A stretch of 64,000 nt of DNA from Escherichia phage vB_EcoM_WFL6982. A program made the position numbers and the translations under genes. The DNA is taken from sequence record MK373774.1; one strand, written 5' to 3'. The notes beneath the pieces were generated by a model that had not been told where the DNA came from, did not search any database, and worked only from the letters and a program-made list of their open reading frames with translations. Below are positions 19,145 to 27,488 of the stretch, piece after piece (position 1 is the stretch's first letter; every line of letters starts with the position of its first letter).

Positions 19145-20140
19145 TCATTCCTTAAGAAGTTTTACTACTTGAATAAGATTAGCTCGTTCTGTTTTATTTT
19201 TACCGTTTAAGCCTGCTAATCGTGAGATTTCATCGTCAGTCTGTTGAATAGTTACATTAAGTTCGTTAATCAAAGCTTCAAAGTATTTGATTTGCTCAGC
19301 ATGTTTTGATTCAAATTTCTGAACCGGAATAACGTCTTGGTTCAGTTCATCAATAAGGTCTTTAAGAGCATCTTCTTGGTTGATATCATATTCAACTTCT
19401 TTTATTTCTTCAACGAGCTCGTCTTTATATCTAACGTCTTTTAGTCCTGGAGCTGGTCCTGAAATCTCTTCTTTAAGAGTACAAACATACCCAATACGGT
19501 ATCCAACGCCGTCTCGCTTGATATCAACTTCGTCGATAAATCCACAATGTTTAAGTCCAGAGCCGATTATGTCAAAATATCCTTGACGTCGTCCTTCAAA
19601 CGTTACACGAACTACTAAGACAGTTTTACCTGCAACCTTTTGAAGCTCACATTTATAAAAGTCAGTTGAACCTGAATAACGTGGATGAGTTTTAAAGTTC
19701 ATCTGACGATCTAGGCCCATTTGTAAGCGTGCTGTTACGGCCATAAAACGTGTTTGGTTCTCGTTAAGATGAGCAACAATCCATTTCAAAGGCATTTTAC
19801 ACTGTTCACGGCCGAACAAATCAGTACGTCCTAAATTACGCAGGATATTGTTAGAGTTAATCATCGACAGAACGTTAAGTTTATTCAGCGCGCTGAAGAT
19901 TCCATCAGCCATTGATTTCCCATAACCTTTACACGCTTTAATAAGTGCTCGCGGCAGATTAGTATAGATTTCAGACGGCATATGAAAATCAAATTTACTA
20001 ACCAGTAATTGATGAACTTGGATAGCAATTTGTTCATAATTAAGTGCTCTGCGATCGTTATGGTCTTTAAACCACACTTTAATCTGTGAAGCACATAAAC
20101 CGTTAATTTCATGTTTTACCGCATCAGATGTAATGCTCAT
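19145..20140 (-). CDS. Hypothetical protein with acidic/coiled-coil C-terminus (331 aa)
   Basis: Track ORF; no motif recognised. Confidence 0.5.
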   Translation of the reverse strand: MSITSDAVKHEINGLCASQIKVWFKDHNDRRALNYEQIAIQVHQLLVSKFDFHMPSEIYTNLPRALIKACKGYGKSMADGIFSALNKLNVLSMINSNNILRNLGRTDLFGREQCKMPLKWIVAHLNENQTRFMAVTARLQMGLDRQMNFKTHPRYSGSTDFYKCELQKVAGKTVLVVRVTFEGRRQGYFDIIGSGLKHCGFIDEVDIKRDGVGYRIGYVCTLKEEISGPAPGLKDVRYKDELVEEIKEVEYDINQEDALKDLIDELNQDVIPVQKFESKHAEQIKYFEALINELNVTIQQTDDEISRLAGLNGKNKTERANLIQVVKLLKE

Positions 20141-20202
20141 AACTATTTCCTCAGATTGAATTGGAACTCAAAACCATTATAACCCGTCCTTGGGTAAAGC
20201 GT

Positions 20203-20730
20203 TTATGCGTGAACCGTCTTTAAACGTTCTTCAAATTTCCGAAGAGTACTAATACGTTCTGCTTTCTGTTTTGTATAGTTTGCAATACGTTCTGAAGTGA
20301 GAGCGTATCGTTCGTTTACTGTTTCTTTCATGAAGTCAGGGATTTCACGAGAAGCTTTAATTTCATCAAACTTATCGAGTACTGCCTGGTCTTCAGCAAT
20401 TAAATTTTCGTACATCTCGATATCTTTCTTGATGAAGTCGATATCTTCCTGGGTTACTTTGGATAAACGAGATGCTTTATCCTTTTTGTACTGCTCGTTA
20501 GTTTCACGAGACCAGAATAATGTACGTTTTTTGTTAGTGTTTTTGTAGACTTCCACAATTCCAACTGAATCGATGATAACAATCCAATTCCAGCGAGATT
20601 TGAAAATCTGACCTCCGTCCACGGTAATCTCGTTACCATAAGCAACGTCATTAAAGAACTTGCTTTGTGCTTCAGATTTAAATTTACCGTCGTTATAATT
20701 TACCAGGTTGAAAATATCTTTAGCGTTCAT
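20203..20730 (-). CDS. Hypothetical protein (175 aa)
   Basis: Track ORF; ATG start with GGAGGT SD directly downstream of an early promoter. Confidence 0.5.
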   Translation of the reverse strand: MNAKDIFNLVNYNDGKFKSEAQSKFFNDVAYGNEITVDGGQIFKSRWNWIVIIDSVGIVEVYKNTNKKRTLFWSRETNEQYKKDKASRLSKVTQEDIDFIKKDIEMYENLIAEDQAVLDKFDEIKASREIPDFMKETVNERYALTSERIANYTKQKAERISTLRKFEERLKTVHA

Positions 20731-20757
20731 GTTTTACCTCCAGTAGTTGATAGGTCT

Positions 20758-20786
20758 ATAATAACATAACCATAGACCTTGTAAAC
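20758..20786 (-). promoter_or_regulatory. T4 early-type promoter (GTTTAC -35, TGnTATTAT extended -10, 17-bp spacer)
   Basis: Minus strand GTTTACA-AGGTCTATGGTTATGT-TATTAT-AGACCTATC; spacer arm AGGTCTA is complementary to TAGACCT after the -10. Approximate coordinates. Confidence 0.55.
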
Positions 20787-20788
20787 AA

Positions 20789-21076
20789 CTAAAAGAAACT
20801 TTTTTCGGTATTTTTTCCACTGAACCAAACAGACTTCGGGATTTTTTGTAATTTTTCAGATTTAAGTTTCTCTTCCTGTTCTTTCTTATATACACCCTTG
20901 TCGTACTGGAGCATCTCTATGGCATTCTTTTGCAAACGATCTAAGGTAATTAAGGCTTTAGTTTTTCCTTTCAAGGAAGAGTCCTGGCGAACCTCCTCGC
21001 TATATTGCATAGTAGAACTAACCATACGATGAGCATAGAGTTCGACTGCGGCTTTAATTTTTTGCGTAAAATCCAT
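20789..21076 (-). CDS. Hypothetical protein (95 aa)
   Basis: Track ORF; an overlapping alternative-frame ORF 20971..21177 also exists. Confidence 0.35.
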   Translation of the reverse strand: MDFTQKIKAAVELYAHRMVSSTMQYSEEVRQDSSLKGKTKALITLDRLQKNAIEMLQYDKGVYKKEQEEKLKSEKLQKIPKSVWFSGKNTEKSFF

Positions 21077-21214
21077 AACATATCCTCTTTGATTTGTACA
21101 TCATTATTTTTAAATATTTCTATGCCCTCAGTAGGTTCCTGGTGTCCTTCTTTGAGGTAAACCATATGATTATTCATCTTTATGGCTTTTGTTACCTCAG
21201 AACTTCCTATAAGC

Positions 21215-22195
21215 TTATTTCAGTAAAGTAACTTCCGAGATTTCCTCCCAACCATCTTTATCAGTTGAAATAAAATCTGCTACATAAAGAGCCGTACGTA
21301 ATGATACATTGCGAAGACGAGATACGTTAGCCTTCATCCAGGACAATGCTTTGTACGTTTCTGCATCCGTCAGGCCACGTTTCTGCATCATGTCAGTAGA
21401 TAATATTACATCTTCAACTCGGACCATAATCTCTTCATTAGAGTGTACTCCAAGGTCGAGATACACTGAACGAGATACTAAAGCTTGAAGGTGTGGAGCA
21501 AGTTTCGAACCACGTTCTAACTCTTTATCGATATCAACGTTTGTAATGAAAACGATAGTACCTTCAAACTCAAATTCTTTATCAATACCCTTATCCTCGA
21601 GATAAGATGACGCAGTGCTCCAACAAACTTTGCGTTTATCTCCGGTATCTAATGCTGCTTTAAGAAGGTTCAGGATGTCCATATCTGAGAATACGTCAAC
21701 GTCATCGATTAAGAGAACGCTGTCTGCATCACGGTTGAGCCAAAGTTGTTCGTAAAGGCCAATACCAGAGATTTTACCATTAATGCTTTTGTATTTGATG
21801 AAACCATTATCATTAGCATTATTAAGTGCTTTATCCAGAGAATATGTCTTACCAATACCGGCTGCACCTGAAATAATGAGTGAACGAATTTTGCCATCGA
21901 TAATACCATTCGTCATCATGTTCATTACTTTAAAGCGTTTGTTGATACGAGTTTTCATATCTTCAGTGCTTTCAACAACTGCAACCGGTGACGTCTCAAC
22001 TCCTTCCATTATGATGTCTGATTTGAAGACCCATACTCCACGTTCAGAACCATCAATCATAACGAAAATTTTACCATCACCTAAGTGGGAACATTCAGGA
22101 TTAAGCTTTACCGGGAACCAGGTCTTTGTGGCAACATAAGAACCAGAGATTTCGTTATTACGATAGATACCTTTTTTGATTTGAACGTTGAACAT
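21215..22195 (-). CDS. P-loop NTPase (AAA-like) with ~100-aa N-terminal domain
   Basis: Track ORF 21215..22207 (TTG); ATG at M5 with GGAGAA SD. Walker A GAAGIGKT, Walker B VLLIDDVD. Confidence 0.6.
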   Translation of the reverse strand: MFNVQIKKGIYRNNEISGSYVATKTWFPVKLNPECSHLGDGKIFVMIDGSERGVWVFKSDIIMEGVETSPVAVVESTEDMKTRINKRFKVMNMMTNGIIDGKIRSLIISGAAGIGKTYSLDKALNNANDNGFIKYKSINGKISGIGLYEQLWLNRDADSVLLIDDVDVFSDMDILNLLKAALDTGDKRKVCWSTASSYLEDKGIDKEFEFEGTIVFITNVDIDKELERGSKLAPHLQALVSRSVYLDLGVHSNEEIMVRVEDVILSTDMMQKRGLTDAETYKALSWMKANVSRLRNVSLRTALYVADFISTDKDGWEEISEVTLLK

Positions 22196-22234
22196 TTTAT
22201 TCTCCAAATTTACTCATTTCGTTTCGATAGGTCT

Positions 22235-22263
22235 ATAATAACATGTTTAAAGCAAAAGTAAAC
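22235..22263 (-). promoter_or_regulatory. T4 early-type promoter
   Basis: Minus strand GTTTAC, 17-bp spacer, TGTTATTAT-AGACCTATCG, upstream of the ATPase gene. Approximate coordinates. Confidence 0.55.
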
Positions 22264-22265
22264 AA

Positions 22266-22484
22266 TTATTTGCGACGAGATTTTTTGGTAAGAGGTTGAA
22301 AGAACACTGCTTTACCGGCTGGGGTTAAGGTGACTCGTAATGCATTACCGATTCCCAAGGATGCTTTAACCAGACCTTTAGATTTCAGTTCACCGAATGC
22401 TTGACGTTGGTCTGCATCACGAGTGTTAACCATAAGACCTTTATCACCTGCTTCACGAATCATTTCTAACATTTTTGTTTTCAT
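22266..22484 (-). CDS. Small hypothetical protein (72 aa), possibly nucleic-acid binding
   Basis: Track ORF; GAGGAG SD; basic C-terminus. Confidence 0.45.
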   Translation of the reverse strand: MKTKMLEMIREAGDKGLMVNTRDADQRQAFGELKSKGLVKASLGIGNALRVTLTPAGKAVFFQPLTKKSRRK

Positions 22485-22514
22485 TTTGTTTTCTCCTCTT
22501 GTTTTGATAAGTCT

Positions 22515-22543
22515 ATAATAACATATCCTAAAAGCATGTACAC
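22515..22543 (-). promoter_or_regulatory. Early-type promoter variant (GTGTAC -35-like, TATTAT -10)
   Basis: Minus strand GTGTAC, 17 bp, TATTATAGACTTATCAAAAC, upstream of ORF 22266..22484. Approximate coordinates. Confidence 0.4.
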
Positions 22544-22571
22544 TACTTTTTAAAAATATTTTGACCCCCTA

Positions 22572-22589
22572 AAGGGCCTGAAGGCCCTT
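22572..22589 (-). other. Stable hairpin (7-bp GC-rich stem, tetraloop) just downstream of the nucleotidyltransferase gene
   Basis: Plus strand aagggcc-tgaa-ggccctt; no U-run, so more likely an mRNA 3'-end stability or processing element than an intrinsic terminator. Confidence 0.45.
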
Positions 22590-22590
22590 A

Positions 22591-23580
22591 TCATTTATAG
22601 TACGAATTGTGGTTTTCTAAGTAGACTTGCTCAAGGAAGTCATCCCAGAAACTCATATCTACTTTTTGTTGCATACCGTTCTTAGCAGCTTGTTCTGCTG
22701 CATGTTCAACTTGGTCAACGATATCTTCTAGGAATTCTTGTACAGTTTTAAACGTATGTTTACCAAGCTTAACATCGAGAATAAATGGAGCATCCTGAAG
22801 TGGGTAAACCAGGTCGCCGGTTTTGTAAATTTCCAATAATTGAAGTCCACCACGACATGCATGACTCAATGCTTTCCAGTCAATACCTTCGTTGGCTTCT
22901 GCCTTACGAGCACGTTCGCCATAGTTCTCTTCCAGTTTAACCAGGATGGCATTGAACTCTTTATTGGTTAACGTATCTTGGAATTTACGGTCTAACAGAT
23001 TATAGAATGTTTGCATACCTGTTTTCTCGTTTTCGGTTTCAACCCACGAAGCAAATTCACCTACAGGCAGAACATTCTTCATATGTGATAAACGAATTAC
23101 TGCACCATTATCAAAGTATTGTCCCCATTCATTAGAACGTTTAAGGGCTTGACGAAGAACAGCCAGTCGAGAACCCTTGACACCGTATTTAGAAGCTTGC
23201 TTACGGACATACCCTAAATAAGATTTCATGTTAGTGGTATAGAAACGAGACCTGTTATCTTGAATATACTTCCATACATCAGGCAAATCAGATTTAACTA
23301 CTAGACTTTGTGGAGTGTGAAGCATGTCTAATGCGACGGTTTCACCGTCCACAGCTAGTTTAAAGAAATATTTGAGACTATACAACTCATGGTCCACGTC
23401 GTCTTTTGTGTTCTTAGAAGATGTGTTATTCGTGTTCTTGCTCATGTGTTCTTTAACGTTACCGGTCAAGATATCACGAGCATGAGGGACATAAATTTCT
23501 TTAAAATCGACGTCAGATTCAGGAGTAGACGTTCCATAAAGGTGGCTACCAAAGTAGCCTTTCATAATTGTTTTCATCAT
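22591..23580 (-). CDS. Nucleotidyltransferase-fold protein (329 aa)
   Basis: N-terminal GYFGSHLYGTSTPESDVDF fits the Pol-beta/minimal NTase signature hG[GS]x9-13 Dh[DE]h; helical C-terminal region; start overlaps the upstream membrane ORF stop. Confidence 0.55.
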   Translation of the reverse strand: MMKTIMKGYFGSHLYGTSTPESDVDFKEIYVPHARDILTGNVKEHMSKNTNNTSSKNTKDDVDHELYSLKYFFKLAVDGETVALDMLHTPQSLVVKSDLPDVWKYIQDNRSRFYTTNMKSYLGYVRKQASKYGVKGSRLAVLRQALKRSNEWGQYFDNGAVIRLSHMKNVLPVGEFASWVETENEKTGMQTFYNLLDRKFQDTLTNKEFNAILVKLEENYGERARKAEANEGIDWKALSHACRGGLQLLEIYKTGDLVYPLQDAPFILDVKLGKHTFKTVQEFLEDIVDQVEHAAEQAAKNGMQQKVDMSFWDDFLEQVYLENHNSYYK

Positions 23581-24050
23581 TTAGCCTTATATTCAAGAGT
23601 AGGACAGACTTTTTCTTTACGAGCTTTAAGGTATTCGCCTATTAATGATTTCTTACGTTCAATAGGCCCAAGTCCATTTTTAATTCGTTCTTGGTTTTGC
23701 GCAATGAGCTCAATTTCTTTATAATATTTTCTGTCGTTATATTTGTCTAACAACCAAGACGGACCAATTATCAATCCGGCAGAAATAAAAGCCATGACTG
23801 CTACCATTAAAATGCCTACACCAATTGAGGCCGGAACTAATGTCCATAGACTGCTAAAAACAAAGAATTTAGTTAAAATTTCATGGCCAACGATTGTGAC
23901 TGCTGCTAAAATCGCAAATCCAATAATTGAAACAGACAATACCGGAATTAACGTTTTCCAAAAATAAGCACACAACGTTTTCGGGCGATTCCATGTACTA
24001 TTGAACGCGGCATAAATTTTAAAGTGCCAAGAGTTTTCATTGATAATCAT
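23577..24050 (-). CDS. Membrane protein (157 aa, two or more TM helices)
   Basis: LIPVLSVSIIGFAILAAVTIVG and GVGILMVAVMAFISAGLIIG hydrophobic helices; 4-nt overlap with the downstream NTase gene. Confidence 0.5.
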   Translation of the reverse strand: MIINENSWHFKIYAAFNSTWNRPKTLCAYFWKTLIPVLSVSIIGFAILAAVTIVGHEILTKFFVFSSLWTLVPASIGVGILMVAVMAFISAGLIIGPSWLLDKYNDRKYYKEIELIAQNQERIKNGLGPIERKKSLIGEYLKARKEKVCPTLEYKAK

Positions 24051-24059
24051 AATAATTCC

Positions 24060-24593
24060 TTATTTCAAAGTCGGGATAATAGAATCAAGATAAGCTTTAA
24101 GAGCAACTGCTTCATCTTTGTCTAATGTAACGATATGTTGACGAAGGTCATCAATTTGACGAATAACTACGACATCACCATCTTCATAAGAAGGATTAAC
24201 GCCTAGGACTGTTGTATAGTCAGGGCGGTCCTGATTTGTAATAAAAGCATTACGGCATTTAGCCCATTGAAGTTTGGCCTTTTTGGCTGTTTCAGATTCC
24301 ATTAATTCTTTCACCTTAGTGACGAATGTTTTCCAATTATTAATAGAAAAACATTCGTCTTCAGTTTCGATATTGGCCGCGTTGTAAAGACCCGGATAAA
24401 AACGAACTTGGAGGTCTTCACCAATGTTAATTACCTCTCGACGACGTCCAGACGGATTGAGTTTCAAAATCTTGTCCAGTTCCATAGGAAGAATAGTAGC
24501 AGCATCATCTTCTTGTGTCAGAACATACACATAACCACGTTTTTCGATACATAAATCACCGAACAACTCGGTTGTTTCAATTACAGTTTTCAT
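24060..24593 (-). CDS. Hypothetical protein (177 aa)
   Basis: Track ORF 24060..24605 (TTG); ATG at M5 MKTVIETTELF... Confidence 0.5.
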   Translation of the reverse strand: MKTVIETTELFGDLCIEKRGYVYVLTQEDDAATILPMELDKILKLNPSGRRREVINIGEDLQVRFYPGLYNAANIETEDECFSINNWKTFVTKVKELMESETAKKAKLQWAKCRNAFITNQDRPDYTTVLGVNPSYEDGDVVVIRQIDDLRQHIVTLDKDEAVALKAYLDSIIPTLK

Positions 24594-24595
24594 AT

Positions 24596-24774
24596 TATTC
24601 ACCAATTAAAGTTTCAACAAAATTCACCAAAGCATTCTGGCAAGCGTCAACCTGATTTTCATAAAAATCTCCGTTATCATTTACCGCATGATAAGCTACA
24701 TCATTCAAATCTGAATCAGCTTCACGTAAGTCACGGATAAGGTCCATCAATTTATTAGCTTGTTCACGGGTCAT
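24596..24774 (-). CDS. Small hypothetical acidic protein (~59 aa)
   Basis: Hand-translated MTREQANKLMDLIRDLREADSDLNDVAYHAVNDNGDFYENQVDACQNALVNFVETLIGE; stop overlaps the next start. Approximate coordinates. Confidence 0.35.
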
Positions 24775-24909
24775 TTTACCATACTCGTTTCAATAAGATT
24801 CACTATGCCGTTTACCATGTTATAAGTAAACATCGGATAATTGTATTGTACCACAACATAAGCGATAAGCAAAAGTTTCATTTTGTTCTCCGTTTGTTTT
24901 GATAGGACT

Positions 24910-24939
24910 ACTATAACATAGTCCTACCAAGATGTAAAC
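24910..24939 (-). promoter_or_regulatory. T4 early-type promoter with flanking 8-bp inverted repeat
   Basis: Minus strand GTTTACATCTTGG-TAGGACTA-TGTTATAG-TAGTCCTA-TCAAAAC. Approximate coordinates. Confidence 0.5.
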
Positions 24940-25175
24940 TACCGATTGTGTTTTAAATGTTGATAAAGTTCTTCAACTTGTTTTGGGTCCAAAACAATTA
25001 GGTCATTTTCTTGACGAAGATAAATCCATCCCTTATCCCCAGGACCATTTTTACAAAACATCACCGTCGTCATATCATCATCTTCAGCGCTTTCAGGTAA
25101 AAGTTCAAGTACACCGTCTTCAGATTTTCCAGTATAATCGTAAAGCATAATATCCTCACATAATCTCGTTAACAT
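24939..25175 (-). CDS. Hypothetical protein (78 aa)
   Basis: Track ORF. Confidence 0.45.
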   Translation of the reverse strand: MLTRLCEDIMLYDYTGKSEDGVLELLPESAEDDDMTTVMFCKNGPGDKGWIYLRQENDLIVLDPKQVEELYQHLKHNR

Positions 25176-25335
25176 ACATTTGCAATTCGGTGTGGGCTTC
25201 GGCCATCTTTTTCATAGCTCTGTTAATGTCGATGTCTCCATCTTCGCAACCATGAGCATTTTCCCAATCAGATACCGCATTAGCGTACTCTTCAATCAAA
25301 AACATTAACTTAGAAATTTTTTCTTTACGTGACAT
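25156..25335 (-). CDS. Hypothetical protein (~59 aa)
   Basis: Track ORF 25156..25404; internal ATG (MSRKEKISKLMFLIEEY...) has GAGGAGAA SD directly downstream of an early promoter. Confidence 0.45.
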   Translation of the reverse strand: MSRKEKISKLMFLIEEYANAVSDWENAHGCEDGDIDINRAMKKMAEAHTELQMYVNEIM

Positions 25336-25362
25336 AACGTTCTCCTCTAGTAAGTAAGGTTT

Positions 25363-25391
25363 ACTATAACACAACCTGAGGAGAAGTAAAC
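25363..25391 (-). promoter_or_regulatory. T4 early-type promoter (GTTTAC, 17 bp, TGTTATAGTA)
   Basis: Spacer segment TTCTCCTC is complementary to the downstream SD GAGGAGAA. Approximate coordinates. Confidence 0.55.
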
Positions 25392-25436
25392 TGATAGATG
25401 CCAAAAAGCCCCAACCATAAGGAAGGGGCTAGTAAA

Positions 25437-25886
25437 TTAGATAGATGTAGGCTCTAATTTTATTTTCATGAACTCGGCAAATTGTCTGGCAGTTTTTATG
25501 CCTTGTTCATGACATTCAAATGCATCATCACAGGGGCTATTTTTGTAATGCTTTGCCATATACTTATAGAATTTTTCAGAATTCTCGACATTTTGAATTT
25601 CAAACAAAGTATATACGTTTTTAATCCCTGATTCCATAAAGTTATCAAAATATGGGTCGGTATATGCAGTACCAACGATAGGAGTTGTTGCTGCAAAAAA
25701 CCCCAGCATCGCCTTAACATCTGTGAGGTATTTTTCCAGCTTGCGCTTGCGTGTATAATCAGCTTTAGAACCAGTTTGACGGATATCCTCGTTTAAATGA
25801 GAAATAGAATGTCCTAATTCTCTTCGGATTTCATCCAATTGGGTTACAGTAAGATTACGAAGTTGTCTTTCGTTTAATTGCTGCAT
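25437..25886 (-). CDS. rI: Lysis inhibition regulator rI-like protein
   Basis: C-terminal ~90 aa (...[69 protein letters not shown]) resembles T4 RI; the ORF has a ~59-aa in-frame N-terminal extension, so the true start may be internal. Confidence 0.6.
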   Translation of the reverse strand: MQQLNERQLRNLTVTQLDEIRRELGHSISHLNEDIRQTGSKADYTRKRKLEKYLTDVKAMLGFFAATTPIVGTAYTDPYFDNFMESGIKNVYTLFEIQNVENSEKFYKYMAKHYKNSPCDDAFECHEQGIKTARQFAEFMKIKLEPTSI

Positions 25887-25913
25887 ATATACCTCTTGGT
25901 TAGATATTAGTAT

Positions 25914-26495
25914 TTATAACAACCCTGTCAAATCATTCCAATGCTTCCGGCATAATGACACGTATCTATCGGTATCACCAATTTCAATTTGACTGCCATC
26001 TGTAATTGGAAGTCCGTCTTCCGTGACTCTAGCTACCATTGTGGCCTTTTTACCACAATGACAGACGCCTTTAAGTTCAACAAGCTTATCGGCAATAGCC
26101 ATTAATGCTTGAGAACCTTCAAATAGATTACCTTTAAAATCTGTTCGTAGTCCATATGCCATTACCGGCACATTGTATACGTCAACAATACGACTAAGTT
26201 GATACACCTTTTCAGTAGTTAAGAACTGAGCTTCGTCAACAAATACGCAGTGAATATCCTTTTGTGCTGCAGCCCATTTATAAAATTCAAAGATATCCAT
26301 GTCTTTTGTAATTATATTGGCGTCCTGACGAATACCAATACGAGAGACTATTTCACCTTTTGAATCGCGAGTATCAATAGCCGGTTTAAGAACTAATACA
26401 CCCATGCCACGTTCTTTATAGTTATGTGCGGCAGTAAGTAATGAAGCAGACTTACCAGCGTTCATAGCGGCATATGTAAAAATTAAACTAGCCAT
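25914..26495 (-). CDS. tk: Thymidine kinase
   Basis: 193 aa; P-loop YAAMNAGKS, CxxC...C zinc site (VCHCGKKAT ... CRKH); T4 Tk length. Confidence 0.95.
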   Translation of the reverse strand: MASLIFTYAAMNAGKSASLLTAAHNYKERGMGVLVLKPAIDTRDSKGEIVSRIGIRQDANIITKDMDIFEFYKWAAAQKDIHCVFVDEAQFLTTEKVYQLSRIVDVYNVPVMAYGLRTDFKGNLFEGSQALMAIADKLVELKGVCHCGKKATMVARVTEDGLPITDGSQIEIGDTDRYVSLCRKHWNDLTGLL

Positions 26496-26504
26496 AAGAG
26501 TCCT

Positions 26505-26687
26505 TTATAGTGAATTCACGTAGTCAATGAGTTCTTGTTCTTTCCTGTCAAATGATTCCATCAATGCGTGATATTCTTCGTCCGTCAAAGGAGCATATTC
26601 ATCATACGCATTGGTGGCTGATTGTTCATCCAATAGGTCATGGATAAGTTCGAATAGTTTAGCTTTCTCTTCTTTAGTCAATTTCAT
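26505..26687 (-). CDS. Small hypothetical acidic protein (60 aa)
   Basis: Track ORF. Confidence 0.45.
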   Translation of the reverse strand: MKLTKEEKAKLFELIHDLLDEQSATNAYDEYAPLTDEEYHALMESFDRKEQELIDYVNSL

Positions 26688-27178
26688 TTAGGTTCCCAAT
26701 CAACAATCACAATTTCTAGTTTAGTGGAATATGTATCTAAAATCTCTTCGATGACGTCCCAGTTTCCACCGCCAATACCTGCACCAATTCTTGGCATATA
26801 AATTACAGGCTTTGTTATCTTATTCTTTCCGAATTCATTTAATTCTATTATACAATTCATTAAAGCAGAGTACTCAAAATTAGGTCCCGGCTCAAACTGT
26901 GTATAAAGATTAAAGCAATAAGCTTTATGGGTCTTAAAATATTTTTCATAAACCGAATAAGTCCCGAGTTTAGACTTGTCTCCGAATTCGGTTTGAAGTT
27001 TATCGGCTTCTAAAATTTTTGGATAAGCCTTTGCTAATTGGCCTGCTACACCGGCGCCCATTGTATGAAAACAATTACACCCATGAGCAATATTATTACC
27101 TTTAGAAAACAGGGCGACAATATCGCCCTTGATATAGTTTTTAATCACTTGCTGCAAGTCCTCTATTATAAGAGTCAA
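26684..27178 (-). CDS. Macro domain protein, TARG1/OARD1 (Poa1p)-like ADP-ribose processing enzyme
   Basis: GDIVALFSKGNNIAHGCNCFHTMGAGVAGQ and YMPRIGAGIGGGNWDVIEEIL blocks parallel human TARG1 (AHCISEDCRMGAGIA; SMPRIGCGLDRLQW). Starts with TTG; overlaps upstream gene end by ~38 nt. Confidence 0.6.
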   Translation of the reverse strand: MTLIIEDLQQVIKNYIKGDIVALFSKGNNIAHGCNCFHTMGAGVAGQLAKAYPKILEADKLQTEFGDKSKLGTYSVYEKYFKTHKAYCFNLYTQFEPGPNFEYSALMNCIIELNEFGKNKITKPVIYMPRIGAGIGGGNWDVIEEILDTYSTKLEIVIVDWEPK

Positions 27179-27488
27179 CTAGACGGTCCACCATAGAATT
27201 GCATGCTGCCTTATCTTTAGGTTCCGCCACCGAGCATTCTAATATTTGCCATTTTTTATAGTATCTTTTAATTAAGGTAGACGCCTTGAACCTACTAGAC
27301 GCCCCGTCTTTTTCTCCGTCTTTATACGCGTATAACAATTTTTGTGAAAAATCTACTTTACACTCTTGACTTTTACCACAATAATCAGACGCCGTTCTGT
27401 TTGTATACTCCGTTACATCAGTATATGTAGTATTAGCAAGAGCGTTAAATGAAACCAAGCTAACTATTAAAGCCAACATTTTGGTCAT
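27141..27488 (-). CDS. Secreted or periplasmic small protein (signal peptide)
   Basis: N-terminal MTKMLALIVSLVSFNALA-NTT signal-peptide-like sequence; four Cys. Confidence 0.5.
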   Translation of the reverse strand: MTKMLALIVSLVSFNALANTTYTDVTEYTNRTASDYCGKSQECKVDFSQKLLYAYKDGEKDGASSRFKASTLIKRYYKKWQILECSVAEPKDKAACNSMVDRLVDSYNRGLAASD

